DNA from: Eubacteriales bacterium
GTDB lineage: Bacteria > Bacillota > Clostridia > Lachnospirales > JAVBJQ01
Reading direction: 5' to 3'
Assembly (NCBI GenBank): GCA_031546905.1
Contig: JAVBJQ010000041.1
Coordinates: forward strand, 39,102 to 103,101
DNA length: 64,000 nucleotides
Position numbers and translations under genes: made by a program. Positions 32,910 to 43,031 of the stretch are shown piece after piece. The notes below the pieces were generated by a model, which was given only the letters and a program-made list of their open reading frames with translations, did not search any database and had not been told where the DNA came from. How positions within the stretch are numbered: the first letter of the stretch is position 1; the number at the start of each line of letters is the position of its first letter.

Positions 32910-34769
32910 TTATTTCCTATTGAAGAAATTGTATACTTCTAGCGCTGATTTTTTATTCATTGTGCTAACTGCTTCCAGCTCGTCAAGGTCTGCTTGTTTG
33001 ATTTTTTCGATTGTCCCAAAATGTTTTAAAAGTTGTATGCGCCTTGTTTCTCCAATTCCTTCTATGGTATCTAGTATGGACCTTGTTTGATTTTTTTCTC
33101 TTAATTTTCGATGGTATTCGATTGCAAAACGGTGAACTTCATCTTGAATACGAGTGATTAATTTAAAGCCTTCTGATGTAAACGGAATTTTTATTTCTTC
33201 CCCTTTAAAAATAAGCCCTCTGGTTCTATGGCGATCATCTTTTACCATTCCGCAAACTAATATATCCACATTTAACTGAGCCAAAGCATTTTCTACTACA
33301 TTTACATGACTAGCACCACCATCTATAAAAAGCATATCCGGAATTTTTGTAAACTTTCCTTCTGTCATATTTTTATTTTTAATTTCTTCTAACTCTTTCA
33401 TCATGTGCAAAAATCTTCGGGTGATGACTTCGTGCATACTGGCGTAATCATTGGCACCTTTTACTGTTTTGATTTTAAATTTTCGATAGTCGCTTCTTTT
33501 TGGCTTGCCATCTTCAAAAACTACCATAGAGCCAACCGATTCAAAACCTTGCACGTTGGATATGTCATAGGCTTCAATTCTTTTTAGTTGCTTATCAAGG
33601 TGGAGGGCTTTTTGAATTTCTTCCATGGCACCTTTTGTTCTATTGGTTTCTCTTTTCATTTGCTCTCCAAATTTTTCAAGCATAATGATGGCATTTTTAC
33701 CAGCCATTTCAACAAGTCCCTGTTTGTCTCCTTTTTGAGGAACTGTCATTGCAACTTTTTGCCCTTTTAAAGAAGACAGCCACTCTTTAATAATTTCTTT
33801 GTCCTCAATTTCTTCTTGTAAAATTAATTCTTTTGGAATATACGCCGTTCCACTGTAAAATTGTTTGATAAACTCCGTCATCACTTCTCCACGGGACATG
33901 GCTTCCACATTATTAATTAAGAAGTTTTCACGACCAATCATTTTTCCATTTCTAATAAAGAACACCTGCATCATCGCTTCATCAAATGCTCTTGCAAAAG
34001 CGATAACATCTTGGTCGTCTGCACTGGCACTTTCTACTTTTTGTTTTTCTTTTAGCCTTTTAATGGCAAGGATTTTATCCCTTGTTTCTGCTGCCTTTTC
34101 AAATTCCATATTTTCAGAAAACTGATTCATTTCCTGCTCTAAATTTTTTATAAAATCTTCTTTGTTGCCTTCCAGAAATTTTTGCACTTTTTCTATTATT
34201 TCTTTATATCCTTCTTTGGACACTAAATTATTACACGGTGCCTGGCACTGTCCTATATGATAATTTAGACAAGGTCTTTCTTTGCCTATATCTCTTGGTA
34301 AAATCCGCTGACATTTTCTGACTGGCCAAAGTTTATAAATAAGCTCTAATATTTCATCAACTGCTCCCACATCTGTATAAGGGCCATAATATTTGGCTTT
34401 GTCATTCTCTGCTTTTCTTGTTTTCAATAACCGTGGGTATGCTTCATTTAATGTTAGCTTTATATATGGGTATGCTTTATCATCTTTTAGAAGAACATTA
34501 TATCGTGGTCTGTATTTCTTTATTAAATTACATTCTAAAATCAAAGCCTCTACTTCCGAATTTGTAACAATATATTCAAACTCAGCGACATGACTTACCA
34601 TGGCCTTTACTTTTGGAAGTTGGTTTTTACTGTTTTGAAAATATTGCCTTACCCTATTTTTCAAAACTTTTGCCTTTCCTATGTAAATGATTTCTTCCTG
34701 TTTGTCTTTCATCAAATATACGCCTGGTGCGTCTGGTAATTTTTTTAGTTCCGCCTGAATATCAAACAT
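32910..34769 (-). CDS. uvrC: excinuclease ABC subunit C
   Basis: GIY-YIG start (PGVYLMKD..IIYIGKAK..RV.QYF), UVR domain, and C-terminal HhH (IEGIGETRRIQLLKHFG). GGAGG SD upstream of the ATG at 34769. Confidence 0.96.
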   Translation of the reverse strand: MFDIQAELKKLPDAPGVYLMKDKQEEIIYIGKAKVLKNRVRQYFQNSKNQLPKVKAMVSHVAEFEYIVTNSEVEALILECNLIKKYRPRYNVLLKDDKAYPYIKLTLNEAYPRLLKTRKAENDKAKYYGPYTDVGAVDEILELIYKLWPVRKCQRILPRDIGKERPCLNYHIGQCQAPCNNLVSKEGYKEIIEKVQKFLEGNKEDFIKNLEQEMNQFSENMEFEKAAETRDKILAIKRLKEKQKVESASADDQDVIAFARAFDEAMMQVFFIRNGKMIGRENFLINNVEAMSRGEVMTEFIKQFYSGTAYIPKELILQEEIEDKEIIKEWLSSLKGQKVAMTVPQKGDKQGLVEMAGKNAIIMLEKFGEQMKRETNRTKGAMEEIQKALHLDKQLKRIEAYDISNVQGFESVGSMVVFEDGKPKRSDYRKFKIKTVKGANDYASMHEVITRRFLHMMKELEEIKNKNMTEGKFTKIPDMLFIDGGASHVNVVENALAQLNVDILVCGMVKDDRHRTRGLIFKGEEIKIPFTSEGFKLITRIQDEVHRFAIEYHRKLREKNQTRSILDTIEGIGETRRIQLLKHFGTIEKIKQADLDELEAVSTMNKKSALEVYNFFNRK

Positions 34770-34997
34770 AGTTTCCTCCATCCAAAAACCGTTATGCCAA
34801 TTTGACGTAACAACATCCAATCACAGCTACAGTATCTGTAATTTTTCCTTTTATTTTATTTTTAAATACCTCTTTTGTAAAGAAAAATCATATTATATTT
34901 GATTTTGGAATAAATTTCTTATATATATCTTGTATTTTATACTGTAGCTATTTTAAAGGATAACCTTCAGTATATCTGTTGAAAAAGGGGTTGTTTT

Positions 34998-36545
34998 ATG
35001 CAAAGGAAAAGCATCGTAACAGGAGCCCTCATTCTCACCTCTGCCAATATTATAACACGCATATTGGGTTTTATTTATCGAATATATATGTCAAATACCA
35101 TCGGCGCAGAAGGAATGGGACTTTATCAATTGATTATGCCAATTTATGGGCTGGCTTGGAGTATTTCTTCCTCAGGCTTTTCTACCACAATTTCAAAGTT
35201 AACATCACAAGAAAACGCAAAAAAAGAATATGGAAATATGGGGAGAATTTTAAAACAATGCCTTGTCATTACAGGTGGTTTGGGAATCGTTTTAAGTATC
35301 GCGCTGTTTTTCTTTTCTGACTTTATTGCCACAAATGTTTTTCATGATGCCAGAACCCTTTTATCTCTTAAAATATTGTCTGTCTGCTTTCCTTTTATGG
35401 CGGCTGGTTCTTGTATAAGAGGCTATTTCTTCGGGCTACAAGAGTCCGCTATTCCTGCCATTAGTCAAATTTTTGAGCAAAGTGTTCGAATGTGTATCAT
35501 TTATGTTTTTGGAGCCATGTTTATTCCCCGAGGGCTTGAATATGCCTGTGCGGTTGCGGTCATTGGGATTTGTGTAGGCGAAGTATTATCCTTTTTATTT
35601 GTAATTTGCTCTTATAAAATTTTTAAATCCAAAAACAAGTTGGTACATAAACCTTCTATGAGTCCATTAACCAGTTTATGGATTATTGCCTGTATGGCAG
35701 CTCCCTTAACTGCAAATCGTGTAACTGGCTCGTTGTTAGGTACTGTTGAAAATATTTTAATTCCCCAAAGACTTTTGCTCTCGGGAATGGATGTTAGCAA
35801 ATCTATGAGCACATTTGGTCAACTGTCTGGTATGGCGATGCCACTTTTGATGTTTCCCTCTGCGTTTCTTGTTGCCTTATCTATTTCATTAGTGCCAGCG
35901 GTTTCAGAAGCATCTGCCATCAAGAACGATAAGAAAATTAGCATCACCATCTCAAAGTCACTGCTTTTTACTTGTGTTTGCGGAATCGCATCTAGTGCTA
36001 TTTTTATTTTGTTTTCTCAAGAAATAAGTGTAGCCATTTACTCAAAAAATAACATAGGGGTTTCTGATATTCTTTTTCTCATGGGATTCATGTGTCCATT
36101 TCTTTACCTACAAATTACCATGTCGGGAATTTTAAACGGACTTTCTCAACAAGTTTTTATATTTAAAAATAGCCTTTTATCTTCTGTCATTAATTTAGGA
36201 TTTATTTATTTCTTAATTCCCATTTATGGCATTAACGCTTTTATTTTAGGTTGGTTTGTAAGCTTAATTGCCCTTTGCATTTTGTGTGTTAGAAAAATTA
36301 CCGCTTGTGCAAAAATTGACTTTGATTTTTCAAACTGGGTTTTTAAGCCCATTATCGCGGCGGTAGCTTGTGGACTTTCTCTGCGAATATTATACAACTT
36401 TGTTTTTAAAGCTATTTTATCCAATGTAATTTCTTTGGTATTGACCTTACTACTATTTGGAATATTTTATTTTATTTTATTAATTGTGTTAGGGTGTATT
36501 TCAAAAGAAGATTTAAAAATTCTGAAACGAAAAAAGGCAAGGTGA
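34998..36545 (+). CDS. spoVB: MOP/MATE-superfamily flippase, stage V sporulation protein B-like
   Basis: 515 aa, about 14 TM. N-terminus GALILTSANIITRILGFIYRIYMSNTIGAEGMGLYQL is typical of SpoVB/polysaccharide-biosynthesis (Wzx-like) proteins. Confidence 0.8.
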   Translation: MQRKSIVTGALILTSANIITRILGFIYRIYMSNTIGAEGMGLYQLIMPIYGLAWSISSSGFSTTISKLTSQENAKKEYGNMGRILKQCLVITGGLGIVLSIALFFFSDFIATNVFHDARTLLSLKILSVCFPFMAAGSCIRGYFFGLQESAIPAISQIFEQSVRMCIIYVFGAMFIPRGLEYACAVAVIGICVGEVLSFLFVICSYKIFKSKNKLVHKPSMSPLTSLWIIACMAAPLTANRVTGSLLGTVENILIPQRLLLSGMDVSKSMSTFGQLSGMAMPLLMFPSAFLVALSISLVPAVSEASAIKNDKKISITISKSLLFTCVCGIASSAIFILFSQEISVAIYSKNNIGVSDILFLMGFMCPFLYLQITMSGILNGLSQQVFIFKNSLLSSVINLGFIYFLIPIYGINAFILGWFVSLIALCILCVRKITACAKIDFDFSNWVFKPIIAAVACGLSLRILYNFVFKAILSNVISLVLTLLLFGIFYFILLIVLGCISKEDLKILKRKKAR

Positions 36546-36549
36546 TGAA

Positions 36550-37377
36550 ATGCTTTTCAAAATATCCAATAAAAAATTAATTATTGTATCTTACATATTA
36601 TCGCTTACCATTGTTTTTGCTGCTATTCATTTTATTTACAACGAAGCCATTACAACAGAAAATAGTGATGGTGGCTACTTAGCAATTATTATCGATGACT
36701 TTGGAAACCAAAGTGCTGGAACAAAAGAAATGCTTCAAGTGGAAATCCCTTACACCGCAGCGGTTATGCCGTCTATGCCTTACACCAGATCCGATATTGA
36801 AAAAGCCAAAGCAGCAGGAAAAGAAATTATAATTCACCTTCCCATGGAGCCACACCACGGAAAAAGTTCCTGGCTTCCTCCAAACTCCATAACCTGTAAC
36901 TTGTCTAACGAGCAAGTGATTAACAATTTTTTAAAAGCCATTGAAGAAGAACCAGAAGCCGTAGGATTAAACAATCACATGGGTTCAAAAGTAACAGAAG
37001 ACAAGCGGATTATGCAAGAAATATTGAACATCGCCCAAATAAAAGATTTAATTTATGTGGATAGCAAAACAAGCCCCAAGTCAGTGGCAAAAAAATTGTC
37101 TCATGATTTAGCTGTAGATTATTTAGAGCGGGAAGTTTTTTTAGACAGCACCCAAAACACACAGCTGATTGAAAAGCAACTGAGAAAAGCCGGCGACATT
37201 GCCTTAAAAAAAGGATACTGTGTAGCCATTGGTCATGTTGGTGCTGCCGGAGGAAAAGTTACAGCCGCCACCCTCAAAAAACTTGCTCCAGAACTTGAAC
37301 AAAAAGGAGTGAAATTTATTACCGTTTCTCAGTTAAATGATAAAATAAAACAATTAAATACGGCCAGAATAGACTAA
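36550..37377 (+). CDS. divergent polysaccharide deacetylase family protein (YibQ-like)
   Basis: N-terminal TM, then LAIIIDDFG..HLPMEP..NNHMGS.. motifs typical of the YibQ/divergent polysaccharide deacetylase family. Confidence 0.8.
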   Translation: MLFKISNKKLIIVSYILSLTIVFAAIHFIYNEAITTENSDGGYLAIIIDDFGNQSAGTKEMLQVEIPYTAAVMPSMPYTRSDIEKAKAAGKEIIIHLPMEPHHGKSSWLPPNSITCNLSNEQVINNFLKAIEEEPEAVGLNNHMGSKVTEDKRIMQEILNIAQIKDLIYVDSKTSPKSVAKKLSHDLAVDYLEREVFLDSTQNTQLIEKQLRKAGDIALKKGYCVAIGHVGAAGGKVTAATLKKLAPELEQKGVKFITVSQLNDKIKQLNTARID

Positions 37378-37429
37378 ACTCCCAGTCTATATCTGAAAAA
37401 TCTACTTTTATGGGTTTGTGTACTGACTC

Positions 37430-37475
37430 AGAAAATAAAAATAGGATGTAGCAAAATGCTACATCCTATTTTTAT
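37430..37475. terminator. bidirectional rho-independent terminator
   Basis: Perfect 12-bp stem ATAGGATGTAGC / GCTACATCCTAT with a 5-nt loop, flanked by A-rich and T-rich tracts, between convergent genes. Confidence 0.85.
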
Positions 37476-38312
37476 TTAACCAAGTGTTTTAACCCAGTTA
37501 TGGGCTAATTCCACCCAATTTTGACACTGCTCTACAATTTGTTCTTCTTTGATAGAAGTCAATTGGTTTGCAAGGGAAATTCCATGTATCCCCTTTGAAT
37601 AAATATGTAAATCAAAAGATATATTATTTTTTCTAAGACCAGTGGCAAATGCCAACGCATTTTCTACTGGAACGGATTTGTCTTCAAAAGTATGCCAAAT
37701 AAAACAAGGTGGTGTATGACTACCAATATGCTTTTCTAGGGAAACTTTGTCTAACGCAGCTTGGTCATTACTTCCCCCTGTCAGAACATGAAAGCTTCCT
37801 TTGTGCGCAAACTCCCCACCCATAATAACAGGATAGCAGAGGATTAAACCATTTGGCTTATTCTCTTCCGATTGAAAACCAAGTACATTTTTTATAAAAT
37901 CTGCATTCCAATAAACTCCTAAACTAGCTGCCAAATGTCCACCAGCAGAGAATCCACATACAAAAATTTTATTAGGATTTACTTTATAGACTTCTGCATT
38001 TTTCCGAACCATCCCAACTGCTTCTGAAAGTTCTAAAAGTTGTGTAGGAAATTTAGCTGTCGTAATGGAGTAGGTAAGCACAAAAGCTTGATAACCTATT
38101 GATGCAAATTTAAGCGCAATCATCTCTGACTCACGATCCGAAATATTGTTGTAACCGCCACCTGGGCAAATCACAATTGCTGGGTAGCTTTTTCCCTCAT
38201 CATATTTTGCTAAGTTGTTCCACCCATAAGTGGTAAGTGTGGCTTTTTTTGCTGGTGTCTCCAAAGCTCCCTTGCTGTAATCAATTTGTAGTTCAATTTT
38301 TTCGTGTATCAT
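37476..38312 (-). CDS. alpha/beta hydrolase (esterase/lipase, carbohydrate-esterase-like)
   Basis: 278 aa. VICPGGGY.. oxyanion region, nucleophile elbow GFSAGGHLA, and C-terminal histidine context GIHG. Confidence 0.85.
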   Translation of the reverse strand: MIHEKIELQIDYSKGALETPAKKATLTTYGWNNLAKYDEGKSYPAIVICPGGGYNNISDRESEMIALKFASIGYQAFVLTYSITTAKFPTQLLELSEAVGMVRKNAEVYKVNPNKIFVCGFSAGGHLAASLGVYWNADFIKNVLGFQSEENKPNGLILCYPVIMGGEFAHKGSFHVLTGGSNDQAALDKVSLEKHIGSHTPPCFIWHTFEDKSVPVENALAFATGLRKNNISFDLHIYSKGIHGISLANQLTSIKEEQIVEQCQNWVELAHNWVKTLG

Positions 38313-38414
38313 AAATAGCCTCCTTATTTTTGGTTGAATAGACTCGTATTTGCAAATAAACTTCCTTCATAAGCCAATCTGTTATTTTGACTACTGTTAT
38401 TTTTCTATAAGAGG

Positions 38415-38443
38415 ATTTTACAATAACTCATTTAATACGTCAA
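38415..38443 (-). promoter_or_regulatory. candidate sigma-A promoter of esterase gene
   Basis: Minus strand: TTGACG, 17 nt, TAAAAT, about 100 nt upstream of the start codon. Confidence 0.35.
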
Positions 38444-38632
38444 ATGAAAAACGCTCCAAAGGCAGTCTAGTGTTGCTGATTCATATGAGAAGAAATAGCT
38501 CTATATTCTAAGGAAAGAAATTCAAATGCCTACCAAGTCCGAAATAAACATTGATACTGATATTTTGAGAAAAAAGTATTCTTCCCAACTCTGTGATACT
38601 AATTTATAAAATTTTTGACAGGTAATGCTATG

Positions 38633-38672
38633 ATGCAAAAAAATAATAGGAGCTCAATAATGAACTCCTATT
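38633..38672 (-). terminator. rho-independent terminator of PTS IICB gene
   Basis: TAGGAGCTCA / TGAACTCCTA stem (one mismatch) with a 4-nt loop and a U-run on the minus strand. Confidence 0.65.
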
Positions 38673-38685
38673 TATCAAACTACTT

Positions 38686-40128
38686 TTATATCATTTTTTT
38701 AATTTCATCTGCTACAAATTGAACTTGTGTTCCAACGATAACTTGAACACTTGTTTTTCCAGGTTTAATAATCCCAGAAATGCCAGCAGATTTAATTTTC
38801 TTATCATCCACTTTGGTCATATCTTTTACTTCAACTCTTAATCTAGTCGTACAATTGTCGATTGAATCAATGTTTGTTTTTCCACCAAGACCTTCTAAAA
38901 TTACTTTTCCAACTTGGGAAAAATTATTGTTGGCTAATCTTATGGATTTTTCTTCATCATCAATATCATCATCTTCTCTACCAGGAGTTTTTAAGTTAAA
39001 TCTCTCAATTAAAAATCTGAATAAGAAGTAGTAAATAACACCGAATACAAGACCTTGAAGAAGTAACATATAAGGCATATTTGCAAGAGGCAACCTAGAG
39101 CTTAACACAAAGTCAACAAGACCAGCACTAAATCCGAAGCCAGCTGTCCAATGGAAAGTAGCCGCAATTGCAAGTGAAATACCTGTTAATAAAGCATGAA
39201 CAACGTATAAACCAGGAGCTAAAAACATAAATGAAAATTCCATTGGTTCAGTAACGCCTGTGAAGAAAGAAGCAAAGCCAGCAGCCAACATAAGAGAGGC
39301 AGCAATTTTTTTCTTTTTATCTTTTGCGGTGTGGTACATTGCTAACCCAGCAGCAGGTAAACCAAACATCATAACAGGGAAGAAACCAGCTTGATACATA
39401 CCTGTAACGCCTTTAACACCTTTTCCACTCCAGAAATTTCCTATATCATTAATACCAGCAACATCAAACCAAAAAACAGAGTTAAGTGCATGATGTAAAC
39501 CAGTAGGAATAAGCAATCTATTAAAAAATCCATAAATACCAGCTCCAGCAGGTCCGAGTGCAGCAACGCCTTCGCCAAATTTTACAAGGCCAGTGTAAAC
39601 GGGAGGCCATATGAAAAATAAAATAGCAGAAACAATCAGCATGGCTCCGGCAGTTACAATAGGAGCAAGTCGCTTCCCACTAAAGAACGCCAAGGCATCT
39701 GGCAATTTAACCCCTGAGAAACGGTCATAACACATGGAGGCAACAACACCAGAAATAATACCAATAAAAGCATTTGAAATTTTACCAAAAGCAGGATTTA
39801 CTTGTGCAGCATCAATATGTAGTAACATAGAAACTGTACCTGTACTCAATAATGTTGTAATAACCAAAAAAGCAACTAAACCACTTAATGCGGCAGCACC
39901 ATCTTTTGATTTTGTCATTCCAAGTGAAATACCCACTGCAAACAGAATTGGAATGTTGTCAATAATGGAAGCCCCTGCTTTGATAAGAAATGCAGCCAAT
40001 GCACTATTGGTCCCCCAACCAGCTGGGTCAATCCAATATCCAATACCCATTAAGATTGATGCAACGGGTAAAACAGCTACTGGAAGCATTAATGACTTAC
40101 CAAGACGTTGAAAATAACTCATTACCAT
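38686..40128 (-). CDS. PTS glucose/N-acetylglucosamine-family transporter subunit IICB
   Basis: 480 aa. EIIC membrane domain (GITEP-type motif GVTEPMEFSFMF) followed by EIIB with the phosphorylatable Cys motif IDNCTTRLRV. Confidence 0.92.
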   Translation of the reverse strand: MVMSYFQRLGKSLMLPVAVLPVASILMGIGYWIDPAGWGTNSALAAFLIKAGASIIDNIPILFAVGISLGMTKSKDGAAALSGLVAFLVITTLLSTGTVSMLLHIDAAQVNPAFGKISNAFIGIISGVVASMCYDRFSGVKLPDALAFFSGKRLAPIVTAGAMLIVSAILFFIWPPVYTGLVKFGEGVAALGPAGAGIYGFFNRLLIPTGLHHALNSVFWFDVAGINDIGNFWSGKGVKGVTGMYQAGFFPVMMFGLPAAGLAMYHTAKDKKKKIAASLMLAAGFASFFTGVTEPMEFSFMFLAPGLYVVHALLTGISLAIAATFHWTAGFGFSAGLVDFVLSSRLPLANMPYMLLLQGLVFGVIYYFLFRFLIERFNLKTPGREDDDIDDEEKSIRLANNNFSQVGKVILEGLGGKTNIDSIDNCTTRLRVEVKDMTKVDDKKIKSAGISGIIKPGKTSVQVIVGTQVQFVADEIKKMI

Positions 40129-40363
40129 AATAAAACCACCCTCCGATTAGTATAAATAAATGTATAAATATCATATCATTTTAATAAAATTAATGCAATA
40201 TGCCTAACTAATATTTACTTATTTTATTTTATTATACATTATATACAAATATAATTTATTTTACATAAATTTTAAAAATAGTTTGTATACTTTAAAAAGA
40301 ATCTCAAATACTATTTACATTTATGAAAATGAAAGTTATATTTAATTTTAAGGAGTTGATATT

Positions 40364-40855
40364 ATGTTTGGATTATTTAAAAAAACAACAAAGTTTTACG
40401 CTCCACTAACGGGTAAAGTAGTAGATCTTAGCCAAGTTCCTGATGAGGCTTTTAGTGATCATATCATCGGAAACGGTGCCGCCATCATGCCTGATTTTGA
40501 TGTGGATGGTTACGGAACAGTTGTAACGCCAGTCGCTGGTGTTGTTGAAATGATTTTTCGAACAAACCATGCTTTTGGTATGAAAATGGCTGATGGAACA
40601 GAACTCATCGTTCACATTGGTGTTGATACTGTCAAGTTAAATGGTGAATGTTTTGAAAGACTTTTGGAGGAAGGTTCACAAGTGGAAGCAGGTGTTCCTG
40701 TTATCAAAGTAAATTTTAAAGCCATTGCTGAAAAAGAAATTCCTATTGTTACACCCCTTATCATTACTTCCCCAACAGAAGAAAGTGATTTTGAAATATC
40801 AATAGGAAGCACTGTTGTTGCCGGCAAAGACGTCATGATGCAGCTTAAAAAATAG
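40364..40855 (+). CDS. crr: PTS glucose-family EIIA component
   Basis: 163 aa. VPDEAFS..G.GAAI.P.. and HAFGMK..GTELIVHIGVDTV (two His active-site region), typical of EIIA-Glc. Confidence 0.9.
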   Translation: MFGLFKKTTKFYAPLTGKVVDLSQVPDEAFSDHIIGNGAAIMPDFDVDGYGTVVTPVAGVVEMIFRTNHAFGMKMADGTELIVHIGVDTVKLNGECFERLLEEGSQVEAGVPVIKVNFKAIAEKEIPIVTPLIITSPTEESDFEISIGSTVVAGKDVMMQLKK

Positions 40856-40868
40856 AGGAGGATTCGAT

Positions 40869-41207
40869 ATGCAAGAAAAAATTTTAGTTTGTTCTGTATG
40901 TGGTTATAAAAAAGTGGATGATGGTAAAAAGGATCCTTGTTTAAAATGTAGTGCCGACCATTCCAAATTTGAAGCACTCTCTGAAGAAGATGCAGCAAAA
41001 ATATTTGCATCAGACAGAACCAATGATATTTATTGTGAAATCATCAAATTATCCATGGAGATAGAAGCGCTTTGTAAAGAAGGATTAGATATTAAATTAG
41101 ATCCTAAATGTGTCAGTGTCTTTGGTTATTTAAAAGATGCTTCATGGAACACAAAACAACTTTGTAAAGCAGAACTTGGTGGACATATGAAATTAGGCAA
41201 ATGGTAA
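40869..41207 (+). CDS. hypothetical zinc-ribbon protein
   Basis: 112 aa starting 13 nt after crr. N-terminal CSVCG..(13)..CLKC four-Cys ribbon. Function unknown. Confidence 0.55.
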   Translation: MQEKILVCSVCGYKKVDDGKKDPCLKCSADHSKFEALSEEDAAKIFASDRTNDIYCEIIKLSMEIEALCKEGLDIKLDPKCVSVFGYLKDASWNTKQLCKAELGGHMKLGKW

Positions 41208-41263
41208 AAGTATAGAATCATGCTGCCTATATTTTGTTCAGTCGTAATAAAATAAAATAATAA

Positions 41264-41306
41264 AAAACCTGCTTTTGTAAAAAAATTACAAGGCAGGTTT
41301 TTTATT
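41264..41306. terminator. bidirectional terminator
   Basis: AACCTGC(TT)TTGTAA / TTACAAGGCAGGTT stem with a small bulge, between A-run and T-run flanks and convergent genes. Confidence 0.6.
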
Positions 41307-41315
41307 ATTTTATTT

Positions 41316-42791
41316 CTAATGTATGGTTTTTTTACTCAAATCTACGTCTTTCAATGGAACAACTTTGGTTTTATATATTATTTTATATCCTAAGTACAAT
41401 AGGAGAACAAGCGGAAGTCCAAGATACGCTACTAAAATTTTATAAACACTTACATGTATAAAAAGCGCATCATAATTCTGTCCTGCAATAACGAGGATAC
41501 ATAAAATAAGTGCAAGTATGGGGCCAAATGGGAAAAACTTTGCTCTGTACTTTAACTCACTTAAATCTTTCCCTTGGGCTACCCAAGCTTTTCTAAATCT
41601 ATAATGAGAAATCGAAATCCCAATCCATGTAATAAAACCTGCAAGACCTGACGCATTTAATAACCAGGTGTATGCAACACCTTGTCCAACAAAGGAACTT
41701 AAAAATGTGATACAACCAACAGCAGTTGTCATATATAAAGCGTTGATGGGAACACCACGTTTATTTACTTTTGTCAAAAACTTAGGAGCCTTTCCTTCTT
41801 TGGCAAGACCGTAAAGCATACGTGTAGATACGTATAATCCAGAATTACCACAAGACAATATAGAAGTAAGGATAACTGCATTCATAATACTTGCAGCGCC
41901 TGCAAGCCCTGCTCTTGTAAATACAAGGGTGAATGGAGAAATCGCTACATTACTATCATTTGCAGCTTTCAAAAGATTCGGATCCGTATACGGAATAAGA
42001 AAACCAATAATAATAATAGCACCGATATAGAAAATCATAATTCGCCAAAAAACATTACGAATTGCTTTTGGCACATTTTTTTCAGGGTTTTCTGACTCTC
42101 CCGCTGCTACGCCTATCATTTCTGTACCTTGGAATGAAAAACCAGCAATCATAAATATGTTAATAACAGAAAGAATTCCCCCTACAAAAGGTGCATCCCC
42201 TACTACCCAATTCTCAAATCCAACTGCTTTGCCACCCATAATTCCAAAAATAATTAAAATACCTGTCACAATAAATAAAATAATGGTAGAAACTTTAATC
42301 AGCACAAACCAAAATTCACTTTCGCCATAACCTTTTGCTGATACAATATTCAAACCAAAAAGCAAAGCCAGTGTAATAAAAGAAAAAACATAATTAGGTA
42401 CATGAGGCGCAAAATAATGCAAAACAAGACCTGCCGCAGTCAATTCTGCCGCAACTGTTATTGCCCAGTTATACCAGTAGTTCCACCCAAGGGCAAACCC
42501 CAACGCAGGGTCTACGTAGCGAGTGGCGTAAACTTCAAACGAACTAGAAACAGGACAATGGGTAGCCATTTCGCCAAGGCTTGTCATTAAAAAATACACC
42601 ATAATTCCAATTACTGCATATGCCGCCAAAGCACCACCAGGACCTGCTTGGGCCAACGAACCGCCCAACGCAACAAAAAGCCCTGTCCCTATGGCACCAC
42701 CTAAGGCAATCATGTTCATGTGTCGTGCTTTTAGGGAACGCTTTAATTCACGTTGTTCACCTTTTCCTTTTAAATTCCTTGTGTTTTCCAT
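41316..42791 (-). CDS. APC-superfamily amino acid permease (LysP/AroP-like)
   Basis: 491 aa, 12 TM. N-terminal signature RELKRSLKARHMNMIALGGAIGTGLFV. Confidence 0.9.
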   Translation of the reverse strand: MENTRNLKGKGEQRELKRSLKARHMNMIALGGAIGTGLFVALGGSLAQAGPGGALAAYAVIGIMVYFLMTSLGEMATHCPVSSSFEVYATRYVDPALGFALGWNYWYNWAITVAAELTAAGLVLHYFAPHVPNYVFSFITLALLFGLNIVSAKGYGESEFWFVLIKVSTIILFIVTGILIIFGIMGGKAVGFENWVVGDAPFVGGILSVINIFMIAGFSFQGTEMIGVAAGESENPEKNVPKAIRNVFWRIMIFYIGAIIIIGFLIPYTDPNLLKAANDSNVAISPFTLVFTRAGLAGAASIMNAVILTSILSCGNSGLYVSTRMLYGLAKEGKAPKFLTKVNKRGVPINALYMTTAVGCITFLSSFVGQGVAYTWLLNASGLAGFITWIGISISHYRFRKAWVAQGKDLSELKYRAKFFPFGPILALILCILVIAGQNYDALFIHVSVYKILVAYLGLPLVLLLYLGYKIIYKTKVVPLKDVDLSKKTIH

Positions 42792-43031
42792 AAATGATGT
42801 CCTTTTCTTATTTAAATTTAGTATGCTTGGGAGTGTTTGAAAAATCTAATATTATAAATTCCCGCACATCCCATGACTTAGAAAGTAATATTTTTCAGGG
42901 CTCCTGTCATAAAACTCCAAATAATATGTTATTTAGACAAACAAAACTAAGAAATACTGTAATTTATTATGACCTCTTTGTCAAGGCTTATGTCAATATT
43001 AAAATTTAGAAATAGGACTCCAAGACAATTT

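Noticed and set aside
40129-40363. cre (CcpA) site or RAT/antiterminator in the PTS divergent intergenic region
   Set aside because: The nearest candidate (TGAAAATGAAAGTTAT) lacks the central CG and the dyad of the cre consensus. No RAT-terminator pair was seen. The region is simply very AT-rich.
42792-43031. Possible L-box or T-box leader upstream of the amino acid permease
   Set aside because: The leader can form a GGGATGTG/CACTCCC helix. It lacks the AGAGGNGC/L-box core, a T-box specifier/AGAGA/T-box sequence, and any terminator with a U-tract. No known class is recognisable.
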